DNA from: an uncultured Gammaproteobacteria bacterium
GTDB lineage: Bacteria; Pseudomonadota; Gammaproteobacteria; UBA9214
Assembly: GCA_963748215.1 (NCBI GenBank)
Contig: CAVVHS010000006.1
Span: 384,001-448,000 of the forward strand
Reading direction: 5' to 3'
Length of the DNA: 64,000 bases
The notes beneath the pieces were generated by a model that had not been told where the DNA came from, did no database searches, and worked only from the letters and a program-made list of their open reading frames with translations. Position 1 is the stretch's first letter. Each line of letters starts with the position of its first letter. This document shows, in pieces, positions 20,281 through 31,088 of this stretch. The translations under genes were made by a program, and so were the position numbers.

Positions 20281-20964
20281 ATGACCGGCACCATACAATT
20301 GATCGTCTTCGACTGGGACGGCACCCTGATGGACTCCGAGGCGCAGATCGTATCCTGCCTGCATGGCGCGATCGCCGATCTCGATCTGCCGCCCATGAGC
20401 GACAACACCGTCAAGAACGTGATCGGTCTCGGTCTGCGCGAGGCCGTCGATGCCCTGGTGCCCGGGCGTGACGACCGTTTCCGCCAGGCCTTCGTGGAGG
20501 CCTACCGCAGGCACTGGTTTGCCTCGGACGGATCCAGCCTGTTTGCGGGCGCGTACGAAATGCTCGACAGGCTGCGCGAGCAGGAGTTCATGCTCGGTGT
20601 CGCGACCGGCAAGGCGCGACGCGGATTGATAAGGGTGCTGGAACAGACCGGGCTGACGGAGTATTTCGATGCGACGCGTTGCGCGGATGAAACGGCCTCC
20701 AAGCCGCATCCACGCATGTTGCTGGAATTGATGGACGAACTGGGCATGGCAGCGCGGCAGACGCTGATGGTGGGCGATACCGAGTATGATATGGAGATGG
20801 CGACCAATGCCGGGGCCGGCAAGGTGGCGGTGCGCTCCGGCGTGCATTCGGAGGAACGCCTGTGCCGGCACGGGCCGCTGGTGTGCCTTGACAGTGTGAC
20901 CGATCTGCCGGCGTGGATGTCCACGGCGGGATTTGTAAAACGATGCTTTCAACCGAGCGGGTGA
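20281..20964 (+). CDS. HAD-IA family hydrolase (phosphoglycolate phosphatase-like)
   Basis: FDWDGTLMDS, VATGK, SKPHP, MVGDT. Confidence 0.9.
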   Translation: MTGTIQLIVFDWDGTLMDSEAQIVSCLHGAIADLDLPPMSDNTVKNVIGLGLREAVDALVPGRDDRFRQAFVEAYRRHWFASDGSSLFAGAYEMLDRLREQEFMLGVATGKARRGLIRVLEQTGLTEYFDATRCADETASKPHPRMLLELMDELGMAARQTLMVGDTEYDMEMATNAGAGKVAVRSGVHSEERLCRHGPLVCLDSVTDLPAWMSTAGFVKRCFQPSG

Positions 20965-20968
20965 GTGT

Positions 20969-21988
20969 ATGTCAGACAAGGGACTATTCGGCAGCAAACG
21001 CAAGGGCAATGTGAACTTCGAGTCTCTGGAGAAGGGGCTCGGGGGTGACGACAGCTGGCACCGGGACGTCGTCAACCGGCTGGCATTCTCGGCCCTGGAA
21101 GAGCAGCGCCGGGCGCGACGCTGGAATATCTTTTTCAAGTGCCTGCTGGCCCTGTACCTGCTGGCGCTGCTGATTCTGTACCTGCCGACGGACTGGGCCG
21201 AGCTGCTCGAGGGCACGACCAAGCATACCGCCCTGGTGGAGCTGTCGGGACCGATCTCGGATACCGCCGAGGCCAGCGCGGACACGGTAATCGGCGGCCT
21301 GCGCGATGCTTTCGACAGTGAAAACACCAAGGGCGTGATCCTGCGGGCAAACTCTCCGGGAGGCAGCCCGGTGCAGTCATCCTACATCTATCACGAAATC
21401 AAGCGCCTGCGCGAATTGCATCCGGACATCCCGCTGTACGCGGTGGTGACCGATATCTGTGCCTCCGGTTGTTACTACGTGGTGTCGGCGGCGGATGAAA
21501 TCTACGTCGACAACGCCAGTATCGTCGGCTCCATCGGTGTGCGCATGGACAGCTTCGGCTTCGTCGATGGCATGCAAAAACTCGGCATCGAACGCCGCCT
21601 GTACACGGCCGGCGAGAACAAGGGCTTTCTCGATCCCTTCCTGCCCAGCAAGGAATCGGATGTCGAACATGTCAGGCTGCTGCTGGGCAGTATCCACGAG
21701 CAGTTCAAGAACGACGTCCGGGACGGGCGCGGCGAACGCCTGAAGGATGATGCACAACTGTTCAGCGGCCTGGTGTGGACGGGCGCGGAAAGCGTGGACA
21801 TGGGCCTGGCCGATCATATCGGCAGCGCCGGCAAGGTCGCACGCGACGTGATCGGTGCCGAGGATATCGTCGACTACACGCAAACGCCGGACCTGCTCAA
21901 GCGCATCAGCGACCGCATCGGCGTGGCCATGGTGCGCGCCATGAGCGAGACTTTTTCGAGCAACGCAGGCGGGCCGGTCAAATACTGA
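20969..21988 (+). CDS. sppA: S49 family signal peptide peptidase (SppA-like)
   Basis: NSPGGSP, CASGCYY, SIVGSIGV, AGENK, LFSGLVWTG. Confidence 0.88.
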   Translation: MSDKGLFGSKRKGNVNFESLEKGLGGDDSWHRDVVNRLAFSALEEQRRARRWNIFFKCLLALYLLALLILYLPTDWAELLEGTTKHTALVELSGPISDTAEASADTVIGGLRDAFDSENTKGVILRANSPGGSPVQSSYIYHEIKRLRELHPDIPLYAVVTDICASGCYYVVSAADEIYVDNASIVGSIGVRMDSFGFVDGMQKLGIERRLYTAGENKGFLDPFLPSKESDVEHVRLLLGSIHEQFKNDVRDGRGERLKDDAQLFSGLVWTGAESVDMGLADHIGSAGKVARDVIGAEDIVDYTQTPDLLKRISDRIGVAMVRAMSETFSSNAGGPVKY

Positions 21989-22142
21989 CAGGCACCGCGC
22001 GCCGGACAGCAGCCTTTAGCTGCCGATGCGCGTTACCGTGCGCCGATCGATATTATGCCGTCATCAATCGCACGCCTGGCCCGTGAAGGCCGTACAGCGG
22101 GTCGGATTTACACGAACTGCGCTGAAGGCGCCATGAACCTCG

Positions 22143-23426
22143 TTATCCCGGTGGACGGTAGTCCCTGAGCCAGTTCCCGAACTGCCGGGCGGGCATGGGT
22201 TTGGCGATGAGGTATCCCTGCACCTTGTCGCAATGCAACTGCTGCACTGCTGCCAGTGTCTGCTGATCTTCTACACCTTCCGCGACCACGGTCAGTCCGA
22301 ACTTGTGTGCCAGGTCGATTATCAGCGCAACGATATTGGCGTTGGCCTTGTCTTCCAGCAGGCCGGAAACAAATGAACGGTCGATCTTGAGTTCATCCGC
22401 CGGTATATCCCGAAAATAGGAAAGGCTCGAGTATCCGGTGCCGAAATCATCAATCGAGATGGTGATGCCCTCGCTGCGCAGCTCTTTCAGTTTCGCGAAA
22501 CAGTTTTCAGCATCGGTCACGAAATACTGTTCCAGCACTTCCAGGCACAGGGTGATATTTCCGTTTCTCCACAGCCCCTCGGAACTCAGCACCAGATCGA
22601 CGAAGTCGACATGCTCCAGCAACTTGGTCGGGATGTTCACCGAGACTTCCTGCTTGCCCCATTGGCCGGTCCACTCGTTGCTCAGGCGCAATGCACTGTT
22701 CAGCATCCAGATGGTGATCGTTTTCATCAGGCCCAGCTCTTCGGCCACAGGCAGAAAGATGTCGGGCGCCAGCAGGCCGCGGGACGGACAGTTCCAGCGA
22801 ATCAGCGCTTCCGCGCCAGTCGGTTTACCGGTGGCCAGTGATATCTTGGGCTGGAAATAAACACAGAGTTCCGAATTTTCGATTGCGCTGGCAAGTTCGA
22901 TTTCTATATCCCAGTTATCCGGGATGCTCAATTCTTCCGGGCGGTCCGCGACATGGAAAAACTGGTCGGCCTGCATTGATTGCTCCAGGGCTGTCTGGGC
23001 CTCCTTGAGCAGGTCACCGGCCTCGGATCCATGCGCGGGGCACAGAGCGATGCCAATATGTGCGCTGCACACCAGCTTTTCGTTGTCGAGTTCGATCGGG
23101 ATATCGAGCAGGCGCTGGATTTTGAAGGCTGCGAGCGTCGCGTGTCCTTCGTTGGCGATATTGGACAGCAGCAGGGCGAATTCTGTATCTCCCAGCCTGG
23201 CGACACGATCCCCCTGCCGGCATACCTGTTGCAGGAGCCGGGCAATCGAGTGCAGAACCTGGTCGCCGGCGCCATGGCCGTAGAGGTGGTTGATCCGGCG
23301 GAGGCGGCCGATTTTGATCACCAGCAGGGCAATATTGATTTTATGCTCATTCGCCTCGTTGACCCCATCGCGCAGAATATCCATGAACTGGTGGCGGTCG
23401 GGCAGTCCGGTGATGGTATCGGTCAT
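22143..23426 (-). CDS. GGDEF(degenerate)-EAL c-di-GMP phosphodiesterase
   Basis: RLGDTEF; intact EALIRW, SVN, DDFGTGYSS, KID, EGVE, QGY. Confidence 0.9.
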   Translation of the reverse strand: MTDTITGLPDRHQFMDILRDGVNEANEHKINIALLVIKIGRLRRINHLYGHGAGDQVLHSIARLLQQVCRQGDRVARLGDTEFALLLSNIANEGHATLAAFKIQRLLDIPIELDNEKLVCSAHIGIALCPAHGSEAGDLLKEAQTALEQSMQADQFFHVADRPEELSIPDNWDIEIELASAIENSELCVYFQPKISLATGKPTGAEALIRWNCPSRGLLAPDIFLPVAEELGLMKTITIWMLNSALRLSNEWTGQWGKQEVSVNIPTKLLEHVDFVDLVLSSEGLWRNGNITLCLEVLEQYFVTDAENCFAKLKELRSEGITISIDDFGTGYSSLSYFRDIPADELKIDRSFVSGLLEDKANANIVALIIDLAHKFGLTVVAEGVEDQQTLAAVQQLHCDKVQGYLIAKPMPARQFGNWLRDYRPPG

Positions 23427-23459
23427 GGGTTCGGGGTTAGGGGTGCGGCGGTCTGCTGG

Positions 23460-24746
23460 TTACAGGAACAGTTCATTCATGTCCACACCGTAGGCGCCGA
23501 CCGGCAGCCCGCGCGAGACGGTAATGTCTTCACCTGCCTGGGAGAGATCCATCATGACGAACTGGGGCAGCGGCTCCTTGTCTTTATCAAGCAGCAGGAT
23601 GACCGATGGCCGCAGGCGCCTGAGTCCGTTGATCGCGACCACCGCCCCCACTTCGCCGGTACTCAGTTCTACCAGTGATCCCGTGGGGTACAGACCGACG
23701 GCCTGGATAAATTGTTCGATCAGCTCGGCCTGGAATTTTCCGCCGCGTAGCGCGTAGAGTTCGGCGATGGCCTCGTGCGGGGGTTTCGCGTCTGCATCAA
23801 GATGCGGACGCCTGCTGTTCATGGCGTCGTAACTGTCTACAATGCCGGCGATACGACCGAACAGCGGGATCTCGCTGTTGGCGAGACTCTGCGGGTAACC
23901 GCTGCCGTCCGCCCGTTCATGGTGGGTGGCGACCATCTGCAAGGCCTCCATGGCTATGCCGCCATCGGCACTGCCTGGCCGGGTATTCGCGAGAATTTTC
24001 ACGCCCAGGTCAACGTGCGTCTGGATATGCCTGTATTCTTCCGGTGTCAACGGGGCCTTTTTGTGCAGCAGTTCCTGTGGCAAGCCGGTCTTGCCTATGT
24101 CCAACAACAATCCGCCGAGGGCGAGTATCTCGATTGATGATTTTTCCAGCCCGAGATGCCGGCCAAAGGTGGCACACCATACGGATGTACTGAGGGCGCG
24201 TGAATAGGAATAGTCGTCCATCGACCTGAGACTGATGATCCACATCATGGCGGAAGGATTTCTGATGATGCTCGAGGTCATATCGGAAATTCCTTTCCGG
24301 ACAGCCGCGATGTCCAGCTCGCCACCGCGCTCCAGTTCGGATAGCATCTGCTTGAGATCGTTGTTGATTTCCTGGACGATATCTTTTGCTGTTTCCAGTT
24401 CGCTGGTGAACTGCGTGGTTGTCGTGTAGTGCTGTTTCCGTAATTTGCTGAACTCGTCGCGGCTGCGTCCGTTTACCGGTGATTTGGCATGACGCCGCAC
24501 AGTTGCCGGCTGGTGGTGATTTCCTGTGTCTTCCTTGAGAACCCAGAAACGCGGATCGGGTGTACTGCCTTTTTCTACATCGACATAGACGTAATTGCAG
24601 TATTTGCGCAATTTCTCGATATCGTCACAGGTTTTTATCTGGACGCCCTGCAACGTGAAGGGTGTTTTCAGCCAGGGACGATCGAGGCGGGAAACGAACA
24701 TCCCGATTTCGAGACCTTCGATGCTGGTTTTTACTTCTGTGAGCAC
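23460..24746 (-). CDS. HD-GYP domain protein with DUF3391-like N-terminus
   Basis: LEIGMFVSRLDRPWLKTPF N-terminus; LLLDIGK, HHERADGSGYP, GLYPTGSLVELS.GE; start GTG 24746 (TTG 24776 possible). Confidence 0.88.
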   Translation of the reverse strand: MLTEVKTSIEGLEIGMFVSRLDRPWLKTPFTLQGVQIKTCDDIEKLRKYCNYVYVDVEKGSTPDPRFWVLKEDTGNHHQPATVRRHAKSPVNGRSRDEFSKLRKQHYTTTTQFTSELETAKDIVQEINNDLKQMLSELERGGELDIAAVRKGISDMTSSIIRNPSAMMWIISLRSMDDYSYSRALSTSVWCATFGRHLGLEKSSIEILALGGLLLDIGKTGLPQELLHKKAPLTPEEYRHIQTHVDLGVKILANTRPGSADGGIAMEALQMVATHHERADGSGYPQSLANSEIPLFGRIAGIVDSYDAMNSRRPHLDADAKPPHEAIAELYALRGGKFQAELIEQFIQAVGLYPTGSLVELSTGEVGAVVAINGLRRLRPSVILLLDKDKEPLPQFVMMDLSQAGEDITVSRGLPVGAYGVDMNELFL

Positions 24747-24877
24747 GCAACAATCCCTGTCTGTCGTGGTGAACAATCGATCTGAAGCACAGCCCTGACA
24801 TTATCCGTGGCAACCCGGTGGGTGTGGCTGTCGCTGCTGAGGCGGGGTGCTGGCACCGACCGCTGTCAACCTTCAAT

Positions 24878-24904
24878 CAGTCGGCTAATCATGTGGTTAC
24901 TTGA
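24878..24904 (-). promoter_or_regulatory. Sigma28-like promoter for the HD-GYP/EAL pair
   Basis: Minus strand TCAA-N15-GCCGACTG (TCAAGT...GCCGA). Confidence 0.5.
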
Positions 24905-25172
24905 ACGAGCGAAAGCCGTGCAGGACGCCGGCAGGGACGGTTCGCGGAAGCCTGGCCGCGGGGTTGTGTCACGCGTGCGGCGGGAATCGGTTGCGGTCCG
25001 CGTACACGCGGCCGGATGGGCGCGGTAACTGGTTGATCAAACAGGTACAGCAGCGAGAAAGCCGGGTTGTCCTGGATCGGTCAAGCTGCCGGGGCAGTCC
25101 GGGCGGGAGGGCCGTGTGGTGAATCCGCCAGTCGTGCGCGGTTTGCCGGAATCGGCACTCAGGCGCGTCGGG

Positions 25173-25760
25173 TTATGGCAGATCGATCCCGGCCAGCGCC
25201 AGCATGCGCGTCAGCCGGATCAGCGGCAGCCCGATCAGCGCGGTCGGGTCGTCGCCTTCCATGCGCTCGAACAGGGTGATACCCAGCCCTTCCGACTTGA
25301 AGCTGCCGGCGCAGTTGTAGGGCTGCTCCGCACGCAGGTAGCGCTCGATCTGCTTCGCGGCGAGGGTGCGAAACACGACATGGTAGGGGACCTCGTCTGC
25401 CTGCAGGTCGCCGTTTGCGCTGTTCAGCAGGCACAGGCCGGTATGGAAGGTTACGCGTCTGCCGGAGAGGTATGCCAGTTGCGCGGCCGCACGCTCGTGG
25501 TTGCCAGGCTTGCCCAGGATGTCGCTGCCGGTGGTGGCGACCTGGTCGGAGCCGATGATCAGGCCCTGCCGGATGTTGCCGACGGCGCGGGCCTTGGCCA
25601 CGGCCAGGCGTATGACCAGATCCACGGGCGTCTCGCCGGGCAGGGCGGTTTCGTCGACGTCGGGCGCAAGGGTCTGGAAACCGATGCCCAGCCGCGCCAG
25701 CAACTGCTTGCGGAACGGCGACGTCGAGGCCAGTACCAGGGGCGGGGAAGTGGCCGTCAT
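25173..25760 (-). CDS. yceF: Maf-family nucleotide pyrophosphatase (YceF type)
   Basis: LVLASTSPFR, DET, KA, IGSDQ, LGKP, CAGSFKSEGLG, GLP. Confidence 0.9.
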   Translation of the reverse strand: MTATSPPLVLASTSPFRKQLLARLGIGFQTLAPDVDETALPGETPVDLVIRLAVAKARAVGNIRQGLIIGSDQVATTGSDILGKPGNHERAAAQLAYLSGRRVTFHTGLCLLNSANGDLQADEVPYHVVFRTLAAKQIERYLRAEQPYNCAGSFKSEGLGITLFERMEGDDPTALIGLPLIRLTRMLALAGIDLP

Positions 25761-25777
25761 GGCATGCGCGACGGCAG

Positions 25778-27609
25778 CTAGTCGTCCGCCCTGATTTCCA
25801 CGAGCGTCTCGTCGGGATTGACGGCATCGCCCTTGGTGACGTTGATGACGGTGACCGTCCCGGCAATCGGTGCCTGGATCTCGGTTTCCATCTTCATGGC
25901 CTCGGTGATGAGTACCGGCGTTCCGGCCTGGACCTGGTCGCCGACCTTTACCAGTACGTCGATGATGGTGCCTGGCATGGAGGTGGTGACATGCCCGGGT
26001 TGCGTCGGGCGCGGGCGCTGGCTGCCGGAGGCGTGCGGTTCACGTTTGCGAGCGCCGCCTTCCGCCGGAATCTCGTCCAGCGTCTCCACCAGCACTTCTT
26101 CGGGGATACCGTCGACCGTCATGTAGAACGGACGGTTGTCAAGCGTGCGGTGCCCGGTGCCGGTTATCTTGATGTGATAGGGCTCGCCGTGCAGGATCAC
26201 CTTGAACTCGGTCGGACAGGAGCGTCGCTCGCCGCTCCCGTTCGCTCACGGTGGCCAGTGGCTCAGGGGTCAGCGTGCCCGCCTTGCGGCTGGTGAGGAA
26301 GTCCTTGCCGAGCTCCGGGAACATGGCATAGGTCAGTATGTCTTCCTCGCAGTCGGCCAGTTCGCCGACGGCCGCGCGCAGCTTGTCCATCTCGTCATCC
26401 AGCAGGTCCGCGGGGCGCACGTCGATGGTGCTTTCCTTGCCGATCGCCTGCTGGCGCACGGCGGGGTCGATCGCTGCCGGCGGACGGCCGTAGCGGCCCT
26501 GCAGGTACAGCTTTACCTCGTTGGTGATGGTCTGGTAGCGCTTGCCGGTCAGGACGTTGAGCACTGCCTGGGTGCCGATGATCTGCGAGGTCGGCGTTAC
26601 CAGCGGCGGATAACCCAGGTCCTTGCGCACGCGCGGTATCTCGGCGAACACCTCTTCGACGCGTGCCAGTGCACCCTGTTCGCGCAGCTGCGTATACAGG
26701 TTGGAGATCATGCCGCCCGGCACCTGGAACACCTGGACGCGCGTGTCCGGGTCGTGGTTGTCGCTTTCGAATTGCCGGTATTTCCTGCGTACCTCGCGGA
26801 AATAGAGCGCGATTGCCTGCAGTGCCTCCAGATCCAGCCCGGTGTCGAAGTCCGTGTCACGCAGGGCGGCGACCAGGCTCTCCGTCGCGGCATGGCTGGT
26901 GCTGCCGGAGAATGACGAGATCGCGGTGTCGATATGCGTGCAGCCGTTTTCCACTGCCTTGAGCAGGCACATTTCGGCGGTGCCCGCCGTGGCATGGCAG
27001 TGCAGGTGCAGCGGCAGGGTGGTGGCCTGGCGCAGCTTGTATGACGAGGTCGGCGGTAACCATCGGCGTGAGCAGGCCGGCCATGTCCTTGATGGCGATG
27101 CTGTGACAGCCCATGTCCTCGAGCTTCCGCGCCATGTCGACGAAGGTCTGCGTGTTGTGCACCGGGCTGGTGGTGTAGCAGATCGTGCCCTGGGCGTGCT
27201 TGCCGGTCTGCAATACGGCCTTGATCGCAGTTTGCAGGTTGCGCGTGTCGTTGAGGGCATCGAAGATGCGGAACACGTCGATGCCGTTGTCCGCGGCGCG
27301 CGCCACGAAGGCGCGCACCACGTCATCCGAGTAGTGCCGGTAGCCGAGCAGGTTCTGACCGCGCAACAGCATTTGCAGGCGCGTGTTGGGCAGGGCCGCG
27401 CGCAGCAGTTTCAGGCGTTCCCACGGGTCTTCCTTGAGGTAGCGCAGGCAGGCGTCGAAAGTGGCGCCACCCCAGACCTCCAGGGACCAGTAGCCGATCC
27501 GGTCCAGCTGTTCACAGACCGGCAACATGTCCGCAGTGCGCATGCGCGTGGCGATCAGCGACTGGTGTGCGTCGCGCAGGATGACATCGGTGATTTGTAC
27601 GCTGGGCAT
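25778..27609 (-). pseudogene. pycB: Pyruvate carboxylase subunit B / OadA-like carboxyltransferase, split by two frameshifts (near 27040 and 26245)
   Basis: [25 protein letters not shown] in frame 1; HCHAT, QVPGGM, VTPTSQI in frame 2; biotinyl EAMKM in frame 3. The frameshifts may be sequencing errors. Confidence 0.8.
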
Positions 27610-27636
27610 GGTTGACGGGTATCCTGATAGATTGCG

Positions 27637-29055
27637 TTACAGACCCAGGTGCGCGGACAGTGCGGCGGTAATGGCGGCGCTCAGTTCGCGATTCGGGCGA
27701 CTGGTCGTGTAGCCTACCAGTTCGGGATGAGCCTCAACAAATCCGGTGTCGAACCTACCTTCGCGAAATTCAGGCACCTTGAGTATCTCCATGTAGTAGG
27801 GGATGGTGGTCTTGACGCCGTATACGCCCGTGTCGAGCAGGGCGCGGTTGGCGCGCCTGAGCAACTCTTCCCAGGTCAGCGCCCATACGGTCAGTTTCGC
27901 GCACATGGAGTCGTAGTGGGGTGGAATCTGGTAACCGGTATAGATCGCCGCGTCGGTGCGCACCCCCGGGCCGCCCGGGGCGAAGTAGCGCGTGATGCGG
28001 CCGAAGCTGGGCAGGAAATCGTTCTTCGGATCCTCGGCGTTAATGCGCAGTTCCATGGCGTAGCCGCGGCGCCCGATCTGCTTCTGCGAGTAGGTCATTG
28101 GCAGTCCGTTGGCGATGCGGAACTGCTCCTGCACGATATCGATGCCGGTGATGGTCTCGGTGACGGTGTGCTCGACCTGCAGGCGGGTGTTCATCTCCAT
28201 GAAATAGAATTGCCCGTCGCTGTCGAGGAGGAACTCCACCGTGCCGGCATTTTCATAGTTGACAGCGCGCGCGGCGCGTACCGCCGTCTCGCCGAGCCAG
28301 TGCCGTTGCGTCTCGTCCAGCTGCGGTGAAGGGGCGATCTCGATCAGTTTCTGGTGGCGGCGCTGGATCGAGCAGTCGCGTTCGAACAGGTGCACCACAT
28401 TGCCATGCGCATCGGCCAGTATCTGCACCTCGATATGGCGAGGACGGTCAATGCATTTTTCCATGAAAATATCTGCCGAACCGAACGCCTTGCTGGCCTC
28501 CGACAGCACGCGCTCGTAATTGCGGCGCAACTGCATTTCGTTGTCGCAGCGCCGGATGCCGCGGCCGCCGCCGCCCGAGGTGGCCTTGAGCATGACCGGG
28601 TAGCCGATTCGCGCGGCCAGGATCACTGCCTCGTCCAGGCTGGCGAGATTACCGTCGCTGCCCGGCACCACCGGAATGCCGGCTGCCTGCATGGCTCGGC
28701 GTGCGGCGACCTTGTCGCCCATCTGGCGGATCACCGCGGCATCCGGCCCGATGAAGCGGACGTTGCGCTGCTGGCAGATCTCCGCCAGCAACGGATTTTC
28801 CGACAGGAAGCCGTAACCGGGATGCACCGCGTCGCAGCCGGTGGCGATGGCCAGGTTGACGATGCGATGGGCGTTCAGATAACCGGCGATGGATTCCGGC
28901 CCGATGTTGTAGGCCTCGTCAGCCTTCTTGACGTGCAGGGCATGGCTGTCGGCGTCCGCGTAGATCGCGGCGGAGGTGATGCCGGCCTCCGCGCAGGCGC
29001 GAATGATACGGACGGCGATTTCGCCGCGGTTGGCAATCAGGATTTTCTTGATCAA
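27637..29055 (-). CDS. pycA: Biotin carboxylase (pyruvate carboxylase subunit A)
   Basis: TTG start; KILIANRGEIA, HPGYGFLSEN, GGGGRG, ERDCSIQRRHQK, EMNTRLQVEH; paired with pycB. Confidence 0.88.
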   Translation of the reverse strand: MIKKILIANRGEIAVRIIRACAEAGITSAAIYADADSHALHVKKADEAYNIGPESIAGYLNAHRIVNLAIATGCDAVHPGYGFLSENPLLAEICQQRNVRFIGPDAAVIRQMGDKVAARRAMQAAGIPVVPGSDGNLASLDEAVILAARIGYPVMLKATSGGGGRGIRRCDNEMQLRRNYERVLSEASKAFGSADIFMEKCIDRPRHIEVQILADAHGNVVHLFERDCSIQRRHQKLIEIAPSPQLDETQRHWLGETAVRAARAVNYENAGTVEFLLDSDGQFYFMEMNTRLQVEHTVTETITGIDIVQEQFRIANGLPMTYSQKQIGRRGYAMELRINAEDPKNDFLPSFGRITRYFAPGGPGVRTDAAIYTGYQIPPHYDSMCAKLTVWALTWEELLRRANRALLDTGVYGVKTTIPYYMEILKVPEFREGRFDTGFVEAHPELVGYTTSRPNRELSAAITAALSAHLGL

Positions 29056-29195
29056 GCGCTGATCCGGGTCATGTGGGTGGCGGCGGTTCCGTCTGTCGCC
29101 GGTGACCCGATTAAGTACGTAATTTCATGACATCTGTCAATAGCATGGCTCCGCCGGAGGGGGCAGGAAATTGCCGTTTTCTCACGGTTTATCTT

Positions 29196-29224
29196 TTGAC
29201 AGTGCCGGGGTGTCCGGGTAGTAT
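29196..29224 (+). promoter_or_regulatory. Sigma70 promoter of the yceD-rpmF-plsX-fab operon
   Basis: TTGACA-N17-TAGTAT. Confidence 0.8.
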
Positions 29225-29233
29225 TTGCGGGTT

Positions 29234-29749
29234 ATGATTGACCACTTGCCCGAGCGCCTTGATCTGCTGGCGACTGCCGATGCGGGACGGGTGCTGCAAG
29301 GCCGTATGCAGCTGGCCAGCCTGGAGCGGGTCCTGCCGGTGCTGAATTCAGACGCCGGTGAACTGCAGGTGTATATCTATCTGGGCAAGGATCCCGACGG
29401 CACGCATTACCTGTCCGGCACCATCCAGGGCGCTGTCGAGTTGCAGTGCCAGCGTTGCCTGAGGCCGCTGAGCATGCCGCTGGACATCGCCTTTCGCCTT
29501 GGCATCGTGCGCAGCAACGAGGCGGCCAGCAAGCTGCACGAACGGTACGAACCGCTGCTTGTCGGTAGCGAGCCTACCCGGATTGCGGAGATTGTCGCGG
29601 ATGAGGTGTTACTGGCCTTGCCGCTGGTGCCCATGCACGGAGAGGATGCGCTGTGCAAGGCACTTGTAACAGCCTATCGGCCGCCGGAAAGCGAGACGCG
29701 GGAAAACCCGTTTGCCGTGCTGGCGGGATTGAAACAGAAACAGCAGTAA
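29234..29749 (+). CDS. yceD: YceD/DUF177 23S rRNA accumulation protein
   Basis: [27 protein letters not shown]; upstream of rpmF. Confidence 0.92.
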   Translation: MIDHLPERLDLLATADAGRVLQGRMQLASLERVLPVLNSDAGELQVYIYLGKDPDGTHYLSGTIQGAVELQCQRCLRPLSMPLDIAFRLGIVRSNEAASKLHERYEPLLVGSEPTRIAEIVADEVLLALPLVPMHGEDALCKALVTAYRPPESETRENPFAVLAGLKQKQQ

Positions 29750-29762
29750 GGGAGTAACGACT

Positions 29763-29942
29763 ATGGCCGTACAGCAAAATCGCAAGACGCCGTCGAAGCG
29801 TGGGATGCGCCGCGCGCACGACAAGCTGACAGCAAAAACGTTGTCGATCGAGCCGACCACGGGTGAGACGCATCTGCGTCATCACATCAGTGCCGACGGT
29901 TTCTACCGCGGTCGCAAGGTTATCGCCAAAGACCAGGACTGA
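29763..29942 (+). CDS. rpmF: 50S ribosomal protein L32
   Basis: Manual translation [59 protein letters not shown]; RBS GGAG; below the ORF-track cutoff. Confidence 0.97.
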   Translation: MAVQQNRKTPSKRGMRRAHDKLTAKTLSIEPTTGETHLRHHISADGFYRGRKVIAKDQD

Positions 29943-30056
29943 TCGTCCTGTCCATGCACAGGAACGGCGCTGTCTGTCCCGGGTATTACCGTATCCGCAA
30001 AGGCGCCGCATCCGGTGTCCTGTACGTATGGAAGCCGTCCGCTTGCCACTCATGCC

Positions 30057-31088
30057 ATGAATAGCCGGGTCACTATCGCGCTGGATGCCATGGGCGGTGA
30101 CGTCGGCTGTGACGTCGTGGTGCCGGCCGCCAGGCTGGCACTGGACAAGCATCCCGATGCCGATTTTATCCTGGTCGGCGACAGCGATACCCTGCTAGCC
30201 GCCCTGCAAAAGGCCGGCTGTGCGGACAATCCGCGGCTGAAAGTCCGGCATGCCAGCCAGTGCGTCGACATGGACGAACCGCCGTCCCACGCGCTGCGCA
30301 ACAAGAAAGATTCCTCAATGCGCGTCGCCATCAACCTGGTCAAGGAAGGTGAGGCGCATGCCTGCGTCAGCGCCGGCAATACCGGCGCACTCATGGCCAC
30401 GGCGCGTTTCGTGCTGAAAATGCTGCCCGGCATCGACCGCCCGGCGATCTGCACGGCCCTTCCCACGCAACGCCAGCACACCTGGATGCTCGATCTCGGC
30501 GCCAATGTCGAGTGCGACGCGGAGCACCTGTTCCAGTTTGCCGTCATGGGATCGGTGCTGGCGCAATCGCTGGATGGCAATGAGCGGCCCGCCATCGGCG
30601 TGCTCAACATCGGTGAAGAGGAGATGAAGGGTAACGAGCAGGTCAAGCACGCCGCGAAACTGATCGCCGGCAGCCAGCTCAACTATGCCGGCTTTGCCGA
30701 GGGCGACGATATCTACAAGGGCAACTTCGATGTCATCGTGTGCGACGGTTTCGTCGGCAACATCGCGCTCAAGACCAGTGAAGGTGTCGCGCAGATGATC
30801 GCCAGCTTCATCAGGCAGGAATTCACCCGCAACATCCTGACCAAAATGGCTGCGCTGGTCGCCATGCCGGTGCTCAGGGCATTTCGTCGCAGGATCGATC
30901 CGCGCCGCTATAACGGTGCCAGCCTGCTGGGACTCAACGGCATCGTGATCAAGAGCCACGGCGGCGCGGATGTGCTGGCCTACGCCAATGCCATCAAGGT
31001 GGCCGTGCTGGCGGCGCGCGAGCGTGTGCCGCAGCGGATCAGGCTGCAGCTTGATGCCTGGCAGGAAGGCAGACAGGAAGCGATATGA
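30057..31088 (+). CDS. plsX: Phosphate acyltransferase
   Basis: [42 protein letters not shown]. Confidence 0.96.
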   Translation: MNSRVTIALDAMGGDVGCDVVVPAARLALDKHPDADFILVGDSDTLLAALQKAGCADNPRLKVRHASQCVDMDEPPSHALRNKKDSSMRVAINLVKEGEAHACVSAGNTGALMATARFVLKMLPGIDRPAICTALPTQRQHTWMLDLGANVECDAEHLFQFAVMGSVLAQSLDGNERPAIGVLNIGEEEMKGNEQVKHAAKLIAGSQLNYAGFAEGDDIYKGNFDVIVCDGFVGNIALKTSEGVAQMIASFIRQEFTRNILTKMAALVAMPVLRAFRRRIDPRRYNGASLLGLNGIVIKSHGGADVLAYANAIKVAVLAARERVPQRIRLQLDAWQEGRQEAI

